This document shows positions 33,501 to 40,458 of a DNA stretch of 64,000 bases, piece after piece. A program made the translations under genes and the position numbers. The notes beneath the pieces were generated by a model, which searched no databases, had not been told where the DNA came from, and was given only the letters and a program-made list of their open reading frames with translations. Source of the DNA: a virus (lineage: Duplodnaviria > Caudoviricetes); IMG/VR virus record IMGVR_UViG_3300025715_000017, positions 1 through 64,000 of that record; one strand, 5' to 3'. Every line of letters begins with the position of its first letter. Position 1 is the first letter of the stretch.

Positions 33501-35418
33501 ACTTGGTGGAGATATTACAGCAAGTGAAACTCTAACATGGAATGGGGGGTTAGGTTTTGATCCAATAGGTGATAATGCAACGCCATTTACAGGCACATTT
33601 GATGGTGCTGGATATACCATTTCTGGTTTGTTTATTAATAGACCCTTAGAAGATTATGTTGGGCTATTTGGTGCATCATCAGGAAGGATTTCTAATGTTA
33701 ATATGTCTGGAGCAGTTATTACTGGTAGAGATCATTGTGGTCTTCTCGCAGGCTTCAATAATGGCACTATTATAAATTGTTCTGTAGCTGGTATAATGAC
33801 AGCTACTACTAATGTGGGTGGTCTAACTGGACGAAATGCAGTATTAGGTGGAATCATTTCAGACTGTTATACTAATGTGCTAGTTACAGGTGATACGAGA
33901 TCTGGTGGTTTAATTGGACAAAATGGTGGTACAGTTACAAAATGTCATGCTATTGGCAAGGTTATTGGATCAGTATCGACTGCTGGTGGATTAATTGGTT
34001 TAGTTACTCAAGGGTCAATAACAAATTGTATTGCTGAAGGTGCAGTATCTTGCCCTGATTGGGCTGGTGGACTTATTGGTCGCAATCATACTGGAATAAC
34101 AGAAAATTGTTATTCTATTGGCCTAGTTACATCAGTTGGAATAGCAGGTGGTCTAATTGGCGAGAGTACTGGTATAACCACTTCATCTTATTATAATACA
34201 GAAACTAGTGGGCAGATTGATAATAGTGGTAAGGGTGTGCCCAAAACAACTGCGCAAATGTATAAAACTGCAACTTATATTGATTGGGATTTCTTAACTA
34301 TTTGGAGTATTACTGAAGGTGTTTCATACCCTTCTTTGACTCCTACAAATCCAATTATTTATATTTCCAGTATAGAAGAGTTGCAAAAGATAGGTACTGA
34401 TCCTGAGTATCCTTTGAACTCGCATTACGAGTTATTAAATGACATTGATGCAAGTGCTACTCATGAATGGGTAAATAATTTTACCCCTATAGGGTATCCA
34501 GAAAATATATTCAGTGGTAGCTTGAATGGCAATGGGCATGTTATTAGTAATCTCAAAGTTGGTCATATGCTGTCTAGTTATTTCGGAGATTATTTAATCT
34601 ATTATAATACTGGGACTGTTAAGAATCTAAAATTGATAAGCACCATTGGTGGACTAGTTAATGAAAATCATGGATTGATCCAATCATGCTCTATTCAATG
34701 CACATTTGAGTCGAGTATTCCCGCTTTGGGTGGTCTAGTTAGATATAACACAGGAACTATCTGGAATTGTTGTGCAAATATTCAAGTTGAAATGGACCTT
34801 CAAGACGTAGATATTGGCGGTCTTATTGGCATAAATTATGGCTCAATTGTAGATTCTTATGCTATTGGTAACATTGAAAGTAATCTTCCAGCAACAAGCA
34901 TGGGTGGTTTAATTGGTCAGAATACTGGTAGTATTATAAATTGTTATAGTCTAGTCCACGTTAATAATTATGGTGGACTTGCCGAGGCGAGTGGTCTAGT
35001 TGGAGTAAATCAGGAAAATGGTGCTATTACGAATTGTTATGCTGCGGGGCTTGTTGAAGGCAATTTCAAATATGGCATCACACAGGGTAGTGGAACTGTA
35101 ACAGACTGTTTTTATGATGGTGATACTACGACTTGTACAGATGGTGATCCACAAACTACTGATGAGATGTACACTGAAGCCACGTTTCTTAACTGGGATT
35201 TTGCAGATACATGGAAAATTCTGGGAGGTATTGGTTATCCCAAGTTGACGTGGCAAGATGATGATATTGAATTGGATCTTAATGGCGCGGTCATATTTGG
35301 TGACCGTGATACAGATGGTTCTTGGTGTATTAAACGGGATCAAGGTGATCTTGTTTTTGCAAAACGCATTGGTGGTGTTTGGGTGGTTAGTGAAACCATA
35401 TTAGCGCCAGGTGCATAA
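21556..35418 (+). CDS. Giant 4620-aa modular virion fibre/adhesin-like protein
   Basis: RBS AGGAG at 21542-21546 and no signal peptide. About 27 divergent InlB-B-like repeats (Y.F..WSD...NPR.D.NVT), three delta-60-like beta-propellers (IIIGGAFTTVNG..RN..ARLN.DGTLD), four carboxypeptidase-regulatory-like domains, a fibre-shaft segment, two GLUG-motif beta-helix domains and a C-terminal FGDRDTDGSWCI motif. Confidence 0.8.
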   Translation: METARFETYYKDGIQVGYLTNQVNPGKQIQECEITWEDDFYQRVQVYAYTVPSLNTQYTFSQWERYISGSWTHFTYNPRIDDFHLFGYDYRAVYSAIAGPATCLVSFEAGLNGTLRVNGVPVSSKQYTTARDTVYLSDTISVVPDAGYVFSHWTANIGGSDLNTNLSSSISGLIGLKAYYDTVYTAHFVPATYTIKYSPDTYSQIIGEAVQIKSMGKYTSEVTAVIKTDHLKTKIFSQWSDGELNATRSDLVERDRTYHVWTTNRLYDCHFETDGLESNIGYIVIDGSGQQQSIDQSVAYNTSITATASLYSAYTASHKFLGWYKNDVLVTSNTILTLTITEEGTWQARFARKSYTVNFVPGTNGIITGSLVQTVSHGSNCTAVTAIPNENYTFKMWSTSATSNPYTYSNVTSNRTIYAYFEPIVSPPETYTVTYTVENAEGLAEACGNIYSSIGLSLSRSFTDIAEGSDIPEPIIAIPLTAYEFWKWADNDSTDPVRQDTNITADLEIVALFTKKRYTLTYSTSIGGSLQGVTSQIVMHGNNSTPVLAVPAVGYDFTRWLSDNVTSNPRQDLNVIADKTVTALFTVENYAVSFEVNDSDLGEISDDTIQYVDYNELCIGVTANVKESAVGYEFKYWAKRYNDGTEEQVTTLSTLPPTRITEAVTFIAYFGLIEHTLTYSTEAQGILLGATAQTVEHGGDGSTVTAVPMDHWHFVQWSDDNTDNPRTDENITQDISVTAEYAIDTFTLEYAAGANGSISGYTPQTVNYGASGTAILAVPDTGYHFVEWSDSNTSILRTDVFVTENISVTALFAINEYTIQYIVEGASAGHIEDELNLVQTVEHGSNAITMTAVLDLPTSHYFQGWYLNGSTFINNDLTHQLTSVTADTIITARFTINTYVITYLANNEAYGHITPDLTYATHGGVSNPVVAEAYTGYEFAQWSDGELATSRFETGVTENLEITAVFQIAEYSLDYTAGSNGSIVGDTSQTVQHGSDGTAVTAVADAHYEFWKWSDEVLDNPRADTEVTDDIAVTAIFRLERFTLTYTAGVNGSIGSGAIQEVEYGANAAPVYPVPAQNYSFSTWSDLSTDNPRIDTNVTGDITVEASFVYDPTLYTIEGETEVANTQIIAGLQGAQADVDGNFSLQAASGPNTIIAEINSHTFNPISHSVNVTENLRRWQHTFDGEVWCLQKLSDGSVVVGGAFTTINGISRKHLAHFTSEGDLLDDLDFDISIYSGGCYVACMYYDESNEMLYIGGRFGVPDIYLVMHNYIACVDLTYNYVDPTFTVASINGTVRSITQGHNGSATELVVGGWFTLPKLYLMAVDHTTGAVNATFQEVDAVVYIVKNNGTDLYVGGAFTTNNSNLAKQDLSTGTWTWYPINQGVTGTHTIRAITDIAGTVLNGTLIGGQFEEVNIGGTKYPRNNLALMDLSAGTLSTTTLNVTGTGAIVHCITDQYRLGGIFTSVNGETRNNAARINPNNDTPIHGQYLYAYNPDVTGTVYAIAEMVEGGSVPRDARVLVGGNFTEVGTYTRNNIAMTHTGNLVYNGLRFEPTINRYTIEYTNTDSHANFVGNTLQTVDHGEDGEVITATPDTGYQLSTWSDYEYVDPIETTRQDLNVTGDISVDLITMVRQIVLWYAPGLNASITGDKVQLVNYGGNGTAITVVPAPHCNFVRWSDSNTDNPRQDLAVTSNVLVSAVCELDTFTLTYAADANGEIDGNTPQIVSYGSDGTYVQAISISTLWVFDSWSDGNTDNPRIDVSVTDDITVTANFVAAKYAISGTVGVENVKIDLSDGQFTYSDSSGYFLFDAVEVGEITITPTKLGFNFTPTSKTINLVQDYTGFEFLTDTSVAKVLVRPINSKMLIGGDFTEVNGYPQSQLARFIPTDLFEFSFSPILPSSCKDFLIQSDGKIMVLCEDSVLRLNTDGTADGTFTTATLNGLGECLGIQTDGKIIIGGAFTTVNGVTRNHVARLNTDGTLDIAFNPDINGDCYALVVRPNDRIIIGGAFTTVSGSIRNYIARLDSNGVLDGTFNQSLNGACRIITLQNTIDHANWMVIAGDFTEIAGEARQYVARLDADGELDASFAPVLDAPVLSICVKVDDTILIGGEFTTVDTELHGHIAQFLAVGTLDDSFVTYCNDNVTSIAVRESDDKIIICGDFDYVNSKSTNNNVRLNSDGTLDQGVYFEPEYITFTCTYTAEDGGMIVGVTPQTVEIYNDCSTVEALPYNNATFDGWSDGVLTAQRTDENITENITVTAQFTLYYTIQYATSIGGTIDGTTLQLIASGNSGTEVIALADPLYVFSHWSDGNTSITRTDGNVLADATYTANFVLLADQYTIQGNVEVTDASITVTGDDTLTSITDGNFQAAVSSGTKVFTPTHTQYDFTPVNASRNIQNSLYAWRHQFAGITNYYAIFAVGHIADVTVIGGNFRFVNGNLRTSLAFFDSTGMLLDIPLVLTYEDSPEKDVVITSLYYSPAINSLFIGGEFTHVQDGTAKYARRNLVQIDLDYKVTSFDAGITIVPRCIHESGLAVFPLGDLTDGLQYYNKITGALMGSVPACNGTVYTITRSTISGKHNLFFGGDFTVINGQTQNKICRAYLDNTTLTIATNFAPTAVDGTVRALCLDANGYLWVGRQTSNYLRVLNISTGGNAPYTLEQPTHAVFNLHLKDDTIFAGQTPYTLTGGIKDDPLSFSSAAIIYASDDPDITGLGYATDILGGKFTSTNGHTRYGVCRLGATYNTLYEGLKFLAAPKQFTLTYTVDANGTLDTGVLEVEQQVDYGSTGVAVTPTGNTGYSFACWSDNASVLGEVAILAAEGATTVEFTGSVESGLVRFGISEVIYLIVSADPISHTIELCQYYDREAGLVEEIAAGIEIHQVNSQNPRIDENVTDDLAVTAFFGLIEYIMKYTAGANGTLTCAGETGLTEVQQNVLHDSTADMVTAVPDFGYDFVGWDDGVFTNARTDLSANINVTAYFATGQWLVSYLASEGGTIEGDTSQIITHGSDGSKVTAVANTGWHFVNWSDASEVAERQEINVTESMAFTATFERDSYTLTYATDNYGTLIGETTQTVLYDDSGTAVTAVPIDHYTFLEWSDERTDNPRIDANVTEDVEVTARYTEAKYTITYRVSDSDAGLLYLYEDATWVAYPDGITLTDIEYGSSTEISKVKVEVLNPDYTFVQWDDGVLTSERYESDVDADKEIIAVLQYKICSISYLTDENCTVSVDQSTWLDSIQDTLNSGEDGPVIYVQAKPGLNFIGWSDGNANNPRQDLNIHLDLLVTALASESGYLKIRCVTNDDAANEQEVGVDVEPRKSGRWRIAGETSYWREYGIFYAVPIGEVTVECDNVNGFITPAIEHIDIVTTGTYQTCDIEYTRSVYTISGNIHDSEDIGQANVDILDADDILIASTDVNGDYTVSIDAGTTIILRPTYGGWSFHPETRRFDALAENMTGQDYICEESGVSITYTVSLQSGGGGSVVGAGTYAAGTEVVINALPDTGYDFVEWRYVSTGVQYGTDAENTFALNYNISLQAIFTTAVYTVTASAGSGGTLTCATSQDISYNTMCIVSCTSNTGYTFTGWYDENEVRKSLQTTYSFAVMQDVTLEARFVLTESIPPEDTHGDIVGLMTDEMGIDGLLTIGNNVDEPTGIALGIWRANDTDSYPLDEWYLAITDEHIATQRGLFNAPSDQTIHIAFGETTEIPTLQGTTLEYTSAEIGTLNAATLNANIAEVTNLTVSGIASFLHGSDMYTDSLFSTGYIHVGQDNTYDKRIGAIRYTGALQAEVIEVNGTSITFDQNFGNIIGAPLIYRGAATEFTIQSGSDDTFILNSAGQLGECIILIAGDWEGWNGTEWVSFTSSGGEDGSGLPPVSGDNKFLVSGNDDWTIKTLEDVQALIGEGLPIPEAAGNLLLSTEDAWDQVDAESILPDIMEDNSFMVSDTGSWAAKTISETRIILGITYTHTLITIADVQKIGNDLDFPLDGDYVLGGDITASETLTWNGGLGFDPIGDNATPFTGTFDGAGYTISGLFINRPLEDYVGLFGASSGRISNVNMSGAVITGRDHCGLLAGFNNGTIINCSVAGIMTATTNVGGLTGRNAVLGGIISDCYTNVLVTGDTRSGGLIGQNGGTVTKCHAIGKVIGSVSTAGGLIGLVTQGSITNCIAEGAVSCPDWAGGLIGRNHTGITENCYSIGLVTSVGIAGGLIGESTGITTSSYYNTETSGQIDNSGKGVPKTTAQMYKTATYIDWDFLTIWSITEGVSYPSLTPTNPIIYISSIEELQKIGTDPEYPLNSHYELLNDIDASATHEWVNNFTPIGYPENIFSGSLNGNGHVISNLKVGHMLSSYFGDYLIYYNTGTVKNLKLISTIGGLVNENHGLIQSCSIQCTFESSIPALGGLVRYNTGTIWNCCANIQVEMDLQDVDIGGLIGINYGSIVDSYAIGNIESNLPATSMGGLIGQNTGSIINCYSLVHVNNYGGLAEASGLVGVNQENGAITNCYAAGLVEGNFKYGITQGSGTVTDCFYDGDTTTCTDGDPQTTDEMYTEATFLNWDFADTWKILGGIGYPKLTWQDDDIELDLNGAVIFGDRDTDGSWCIKRDQGDLVFAKRIGGVWVVSETILAPGA

Positions 35419-35429
35419 GGAGATGAAAG

Positions 35430-35702
35430 ATGAATTGGATTGAAACTTTCGTAAGCACATTTACAGACGCAGAACGCCTCGAAGATCTCACTGAAATCAG
35501 TGATCTTCTACGTGCCTTGCGTAGACAGGTGGTTAAAGACACGAATACTATGAAAAGGGTTAATGCTAGTACCATTACTGATATTGCTGATAGCGCTTCA
35601 GCATTGCGTACTAGCATGAATGAAGGTACTTCAGGGCAGACAGATGCAATAAGAACACTTGCAACTGCGTTGTATGAGCACTTCGTACCTTCAGGAGCAT
35701 AA
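35430..35702 (+). CDS. Hypothetical helical protein (90 aa)
   Basis: AGGAG RBS, tight packing with neighbours and an amphipathic helical sequence. Confidence 0.6.
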   Translation: MNWIETFVSTFTDAERLEDLTEISDLLRALRRQVVKDTNTMKRVNASTITDIADSASALRTSMNEGTSGQTDAIRTLATALYEHFVPSGA

Positions 35703-35704
35703 GC

Positions 35705-36574
35705 ATGTATCCAAGATGGTATCCAGAATTTTATGATCTCAAGGTTGAACCGTATATACTATTCAGCCAAGAGTACAATCTGTACTATCTCGGATATGGG
35801 CCAAATAATACAATGGCTCGACGGTCATACCCTGCAACAACTGGAATAGATCCTTTACATGTCTATGATTTTGCTCAGCTCAAATTCACATTTGGAGACG
35901 CACTAGGCCAGGAGCCTGATGGTGTTTTTTCAGTTTGGGATTTAGCTGGAGATCATTATAGAGTTGAAGTCAAGGATGACATTTTAGTTGTAGCAGAAAC
36001 ACAAGAACCTTTGCAAGAACAAGGTTTAGTTGCTGAAGACTTTCTTGCTGGGACACAGGACGATATGGGGATACCCGATGGCAAAGTTAAAATAGGCGCG
36101 GTTATGTATACTTTCTATAATGGCGCTCCACTTACGCCGCTGGAAGTGGATGTGCCGAAGGACACACCATACAAAGTATATGCCAAAGCCTATTGCTATC
36201 AGTATGTCAATATTGATGATGCCTCCATTTCCTTTCCCGGCTCCGCGTGGTCGCTGCGCCCTTTATCCTATCATTCCCTTATACCGCTGGGCGCAGCGGC
36301 CTATGCTGATAGTCATTGGAATCCTTGGCTCTTCCCATTACCATTTCCGCAGCATACGCATAGCAATGATGAACGTGTTATTAAGGATAATGGTTGGGTA
36401 TCTTTAATGATGGTGCCAAGTATGCAATATGATCGTGACAAGCATTATTGGGAAAATACTTTTCCAATGGCTCACGACATCAATACACCATTGCATAGGG
36501 GCTTCATCCGAAATGATCCTTTGGTTGTGAAATTGCGTAAGTCTTATCGAGTGCATTGTGAGAATCACGTATGA
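35705..36574 (+). CDS. Hypothetical tail-region protein (289 aa)
   Basis: Tightly coupled ORF, aromatic- and Pro-rich; no family recognised. Confidence 0.6.
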   Translation: MYPRWYPEFYDLKVEPYILFSQEYNLYYLGYGPNNTMARRSYPATTGIDPLHVYDFAQLKFTFGDALGQEPDGVFSVWDLAGDHYRVEVKDDILVVAETQEPLQEQGLVAEDFLAGTQDDMGIPDGKVKIGAVMYTFYNGAPLTPLEVDVPKDTPYKVYAKAYCYQYVNIDDASISFPGSAWSLRPLSYHSLIPLGAAAYADSHWNPWLFPLPFPQHTHSNDERVIKDNGWVSLMMVPSMQYDRDKHYWENTFPMAHDINTPLHRGFIRNDPLVVKLRKSYRVHCENHV

Positions 36575-39500
36575 ATATACTGCATTACGATACCGTTGAA
36601 AATGTAGAATATGATGCCCCTGCTATTGTGTTTGCAGGTAATTCTTATTATTTGCGTTTCAATGATCCCAAAGAATTTTTAGATGTACCTTATTATCCTG
36701 GTGCTTGGCAGAATCTCGATAATCTGGAGCGCGATAGGCGTATTCATATTGTACATACGCCAGCGGTGAATGGTTTTAATTTGGATTATGCCACTGATTG
36801 GTTTCCCGAAGAAAGCGAATTCAAAGCACTAGCCAAGACTGATGATGAGGGTAATAGCCTCATGGAATTCTATTTTGGTAAATCTGGAATAGCGGTAGTT
36901 ATTGATCGCTATTCCTTAATATATGAAACTTTTCTAGGTGGTTATATTACGGGTATTGCATATCAATCAGTCAATGCACAAGACGATGCTTCTGAAGTAG
37001 AGGCACACCCATTACCGGATTACGAGTTTTATAAATGGTCGGATCTATGTACAATTAATCCACGGCAAGATAAATTTGTCATAATGGATGTTGATGTCTC
37101 TGCTGTTTTTGACGATGCCACTAAATTTTTTATTTATTTGCCTACACGTTATTGGGCGGGATCAGACTATGCTTATAGTACATTCAATGGTGAGCAGTTT
37201 CAAACAAAAGGTACGGCTATTGCAGCAGTTGTACCAGATAATCATAGATTTTTGGGATGGTCTGATGAATTACCCTTAAATCCACGGACAGACACAGATT
37301 CTGTAACTGTTTATCCTTTATTTGAATTGGATCTTTATACACTAACCTATTGGGGAGTAGGCTCACAGGTTGTTGAACACGGCATGGATGGATCAGCTGC
37401 TGCTATTATTGCACCAGAAGGTGAAACATTCATGGGTTGGTTATGCGACGGTTCGCTTGTAAGTACTGATAATCCACATACAACTTTGAACGTTACTGAA
37501 TACAAAGAATATTTTCCATTATTTGAAACTTCAGTATACACTGTTAATTACACCGCTGGGCCAGGAATCACATTAACTGGCGCATTATCTCAAGAATTAG
37601 AGCATGGCGAAACTGGGGAACCGGTATGCGCTGATGACATTGTAACTTGGTCTGATGGATTGCTTGCCGATTCACATTATGTAGTTAGAGCTACGGAAAA
37701 TAAGGATATTGTTGCATATAATGCATACACACATGGTGTGGTAATTTATCATGGTACAAATGGCACTTTTTCCGGTGACACTGTGCAAATTGTAACATAT
37801 AATACTAGCGGTGATGTGATTACTGCTGTACCAGATGAAGGGTATGAATTTGTAGTATGGTCAGATGGCATTGAAACTACTTCACGCCGAGATCATAATA
37901 TAATAGGCGCCACTTACATTGAAGCCATTTTTCAACGTAAATCCTACACACTTGACTACTTATCAGCGGAGAATGGCAGTATATCTGGTCAGGCTAATCA
38001 GGTTATTGAGCATAATTTCAGTGGCACGTCTGTTAAAGCCATACCAGATGAGGGTTACATATTTAACGAGTGGTCTGACGGGTATAAACGAGACATTAGA
38101 AAAGATGTGAAAGTTACTGAGAATTTACAATTCACGGCATCTTTCAAGGTTCGAGAATACAATGTCCAATATATTGGGACATTGGAGGGTATTGCTGAGC
38201 AAGTTGTTGCACATGGAGAAAATTCCACGGAAGTTACAGTAGTGGTACCTGCTGGGCATGAGTTTGTGAAATGGTCGGATGGCGAAACAACTAATCCAAG
38301 AAGAGATGTCAATGTAACTTCAGATATTTATGTTATCGCTGAAATTCGTAAACAGCGTTTCATTTTGAATTATTTAAATACGGAAGTGCAATTGGTTGAG
38401 TATAATCAAAGTGGATCAGAAGTGGAATGTACATCTGAAACATTTTATGGTTGGTCAGATGGTGTGCTAACCGCTAAGCGTACAGATGATAAGATCACTG
38501 ACAATTTGTTTGTATTACCACGTATTCACCCTACGCAAGAAGAGATAGACGATGAGGCTGCGGATATACAAAGGCGTATAGCCACATTACAACAAGCCTT
38601 GCAAACTTACGATGTTGTAGAAATACAAGAAGAACTTGGTATAGAATTCACACCTGAAATACAAGCTCTCTTGGAAGAACGTTTGCAGGCATTACTTGAT
38701 TCGGAGGCTATGCCAGCCTTTCATTTAGCCACTTACGAGGTTAATGGCAATGGCTATATTCTTGGTGAACGTATACAAGAAATACGGGAAGGTGGTAATT
38801 CAAGATTCGTAAGAGCCTTGCCAAATCCAGGATGGCGATTTGTTAGTTGGTCAGATGGTAGTACTGAAGACACGCGCTTCGAGAGTGGCATGACAAGTGA
38901 TGTTACACTTACCGCGAATTTCGAGGAAGCAGAGTATACAATAACATATGAAGTTATTGGCACAGGCACTTTGGAAGGTGAACTTGTGCAAACATTGAAA
39001 TATGGCGAGGATAGTACCCCCGTTATTGCCGATGCACCTGTAACTTGGTCAGATGGCACGGAAGGACTGGTACATCAGATAACTGATGTAACAAGAGATC
39101 ATGTCATTCATTGTAGTTTTAATGAAGATACTTTCATTGTATATATTGCCGGAGATCATGGCTCATTTGAAGATGGGGCTAAGCAAATTGTTTTAATAGA
39201 CAGTGAACCAATTACTGCCATACCTGATTCAGGTTTCATATTCTCAGAATGGTCAGACGGATCTAAAGCACCTACTAGAGAAGATGTCTCTGGAGAGTAT
39301 ACTGCATATTTCATTCCGCGTTATGCAATTGTTGATACGAAAATTGATTTAGTTCCCGGTGATCTCATATTGCGTGACGAACGTTTTTCAGGTACATTAT
39401 CTGGTCATGCTGGTGACTTCATTCTCAATGTCGATGGGCTAGAAGAAGAGATTTCCGATAAGCGTATAACAACAGAAGTACCTGAAGTAGTTGATACCGG

Positions 39501-40458
39501 CATAGTGTTGGAAGTTGCTGCTACACATATTGTCACTGATTTGTTTGAAGCAAGTAACTATGTATCCATTGGTGGTAGATTCTATACTGTTTTTTCTTAT
39601 AGTCGTGGGAACTTATATCTTGTCGGGGATATTTCGGAAATTGAAGTTGGGGAAACTATCGAGACTTTCGAGACTCAAGAACATTTGCCATTAAGCGATA
39701 ACGATTGGTCTGCATGGGCTAGTGGTTCCGAATTACGTGTAGGCGATGAAACGCATTGGGTATTGGATCATTACCCTAACGCTCGTTCAGAAGTTACAGG
39801 ATTAAATGACCAGCCGATGTTTGATCTTACTGATTGGTCTTATCAAGATATGGATCAACATCCTGAGCCTATAGTTAGCCGTTTTCTGCCTGAAGTTTGG
39901 CAGCGTATAAACAAAGCCACTAGGAAAATTAGATTACAGACACCTTTGGAACAGGATTATGTTAATGCCCCATTTACTATAGTTAATAAGCAATGGTATG
40001 TTGCTTCTGTTGAATGCCTTAAAACATTGCCAAAAGGTCACGAGCCTAAATGTTTCCAGATCCTCCGAATAGGTGGTCAGGATTTACCTTATAGGTTACG
40101 CAGATTTGTGTTTCCGAATTGGGATTCTGATCGCCTAGAGGGTGATATCATATATGCTTATGGCCCACAATTCAACCCGCCGTATATCGATTCACGTTGG
40201 GAAGAGGATGAAGAGGGACACGATATATGCCAATATCCCAATTGGTACCAAGAGATGGAATATGGTGCTACATTTACTAGGGTATTAACTGTCAAACAAT
40301 GGCAAGATTATGAAAGCATGGGTGATTTCGGAGACATGTTTGTTTGTGAATTAAACAAAAGCCCTTATAGTTTATTGATGCCAAGTATAGACGAATCTGG
40401 TTTGACTTGGACGAAATGGGACAAAAAACTTTATCAGGCAGGTATGCACTATGTATGA
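36571..40458 (+). CDS. 1295-aa virion protein with about 11 InlB-B-like repeats
   Basis: Carries the same F..WSD repeat as the 4620-aa protein, plus a helical insert near 38530-38720. Confidence 0.7.
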   Translation: MNILHYDTVENVEYDAPAIVFAGNSYYLRFNDPKEFLDVPYYPGAWQNLDNLERDRRIHIVHTPAVNGFNLDYATDWFPEESEFKALAKTDDEGNSLMEFYFGKSGIAVVIDRYSLIYETFLGGYITGIAYQSVNAQDDASEVEAHPLPDYEFYKWSDLCTINPRQDKFVIMDVDVSAVFDDATKFFIYLPTRYWAGSDYAYSTFNGEQFQTKGTAIAAVVPDNHRFLGWSDELPLNPRTDTDSVTVYPLFELDLYTLTYWGVGSQVVEHGMDGSAAAIIAPEGETFMGWLCDGSLVSTDNPHTTLNVTEYKEYFPLFETSVYTVNYTAGPGITLTGALSQELEHGETGEPVCADDIVTWSDGLLADSHYVVRATENKDIVAYNAYTHGVVIYHGTNGTFSGDTVQIVTYNTSGDVITAVPDEGYEFVVWSDGIETTSRRDHNIIGATYIEAIFQRKSYTLDYLSAENGSISGQANQVIEHNFSGTSVKAIPDEGYIFNEWSDGYKRDIRKDVKVTENLQFTASFKVREYNVQYIGTLEGIAEQVVAHGENSTEVTVVVPAGHEFVKWSDGETTNPRRDVNVTSDIYVIAEIRKQRFILNYLNTEVQLVEYNQSGSEVECTSETFYGWSDGVLTAKRTDDKITDNLFVLPRIHPTQEEIDDEAADIQRRIATLQQALQTYDVVEIQEELGIEFTPEIQALLEERLQALLDSEAMPAFHLATYEVNGNGYILGERIQEIREGGNSRFVRALPNPGWRFVSWSDGSTEDTRFESGMTSDVTLTANFEEAEYTITYEVIGTGTLEGELVQTLKYGEDSTPVIADAPVTWSDGTEGLVHQITDVTRDHVIHCSFNEDTFIVYIAGDHGSFEDGAKQIVLIDSEPITAIPDSGFIFSEWSDGSKAPTREDVSGEYTAYFIPRYAIVDTKIDLVPGDLILRDERFSGTLSGHAGDFILNVDGLEEEISDKRITTEVPEVVDTGIVLEVAATHIVTDLFEASNYVSIGGRFYTVFSYSRGNLYLVGDISEIEVGETIETFETQEHLPLSDNDWSAWASGSELRVGDETHWVLDHYPNARSEVTGLNDQPMFDLTDWSYQDMDQHPEPIVSRFLPEVWQRINKATRKIRLQTPLEQDYVNAPFTIVNKQWYVASVECLKTLPKGHEPKCFQILRIGGQDLPYRLRRFVFPNWDSDRLEGDIIYAYGPQFNPPYIDSRWEEDEEGHDICQYPNWYQEMEYGATFTRVLTVKQWQDYESMGDFGDMFVCELNKSPYSLLMPSIDESGLTWTKWDKKLYQAGMHYV

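Noticed and set aside
35401-35702. Shared C-termini APGA* and PSGA* in two adjacent genes as a conjugation tag
   Set aside because: There are only two short instances, no di-Gly, and no E1/E2-like genes; chance is sufficient.
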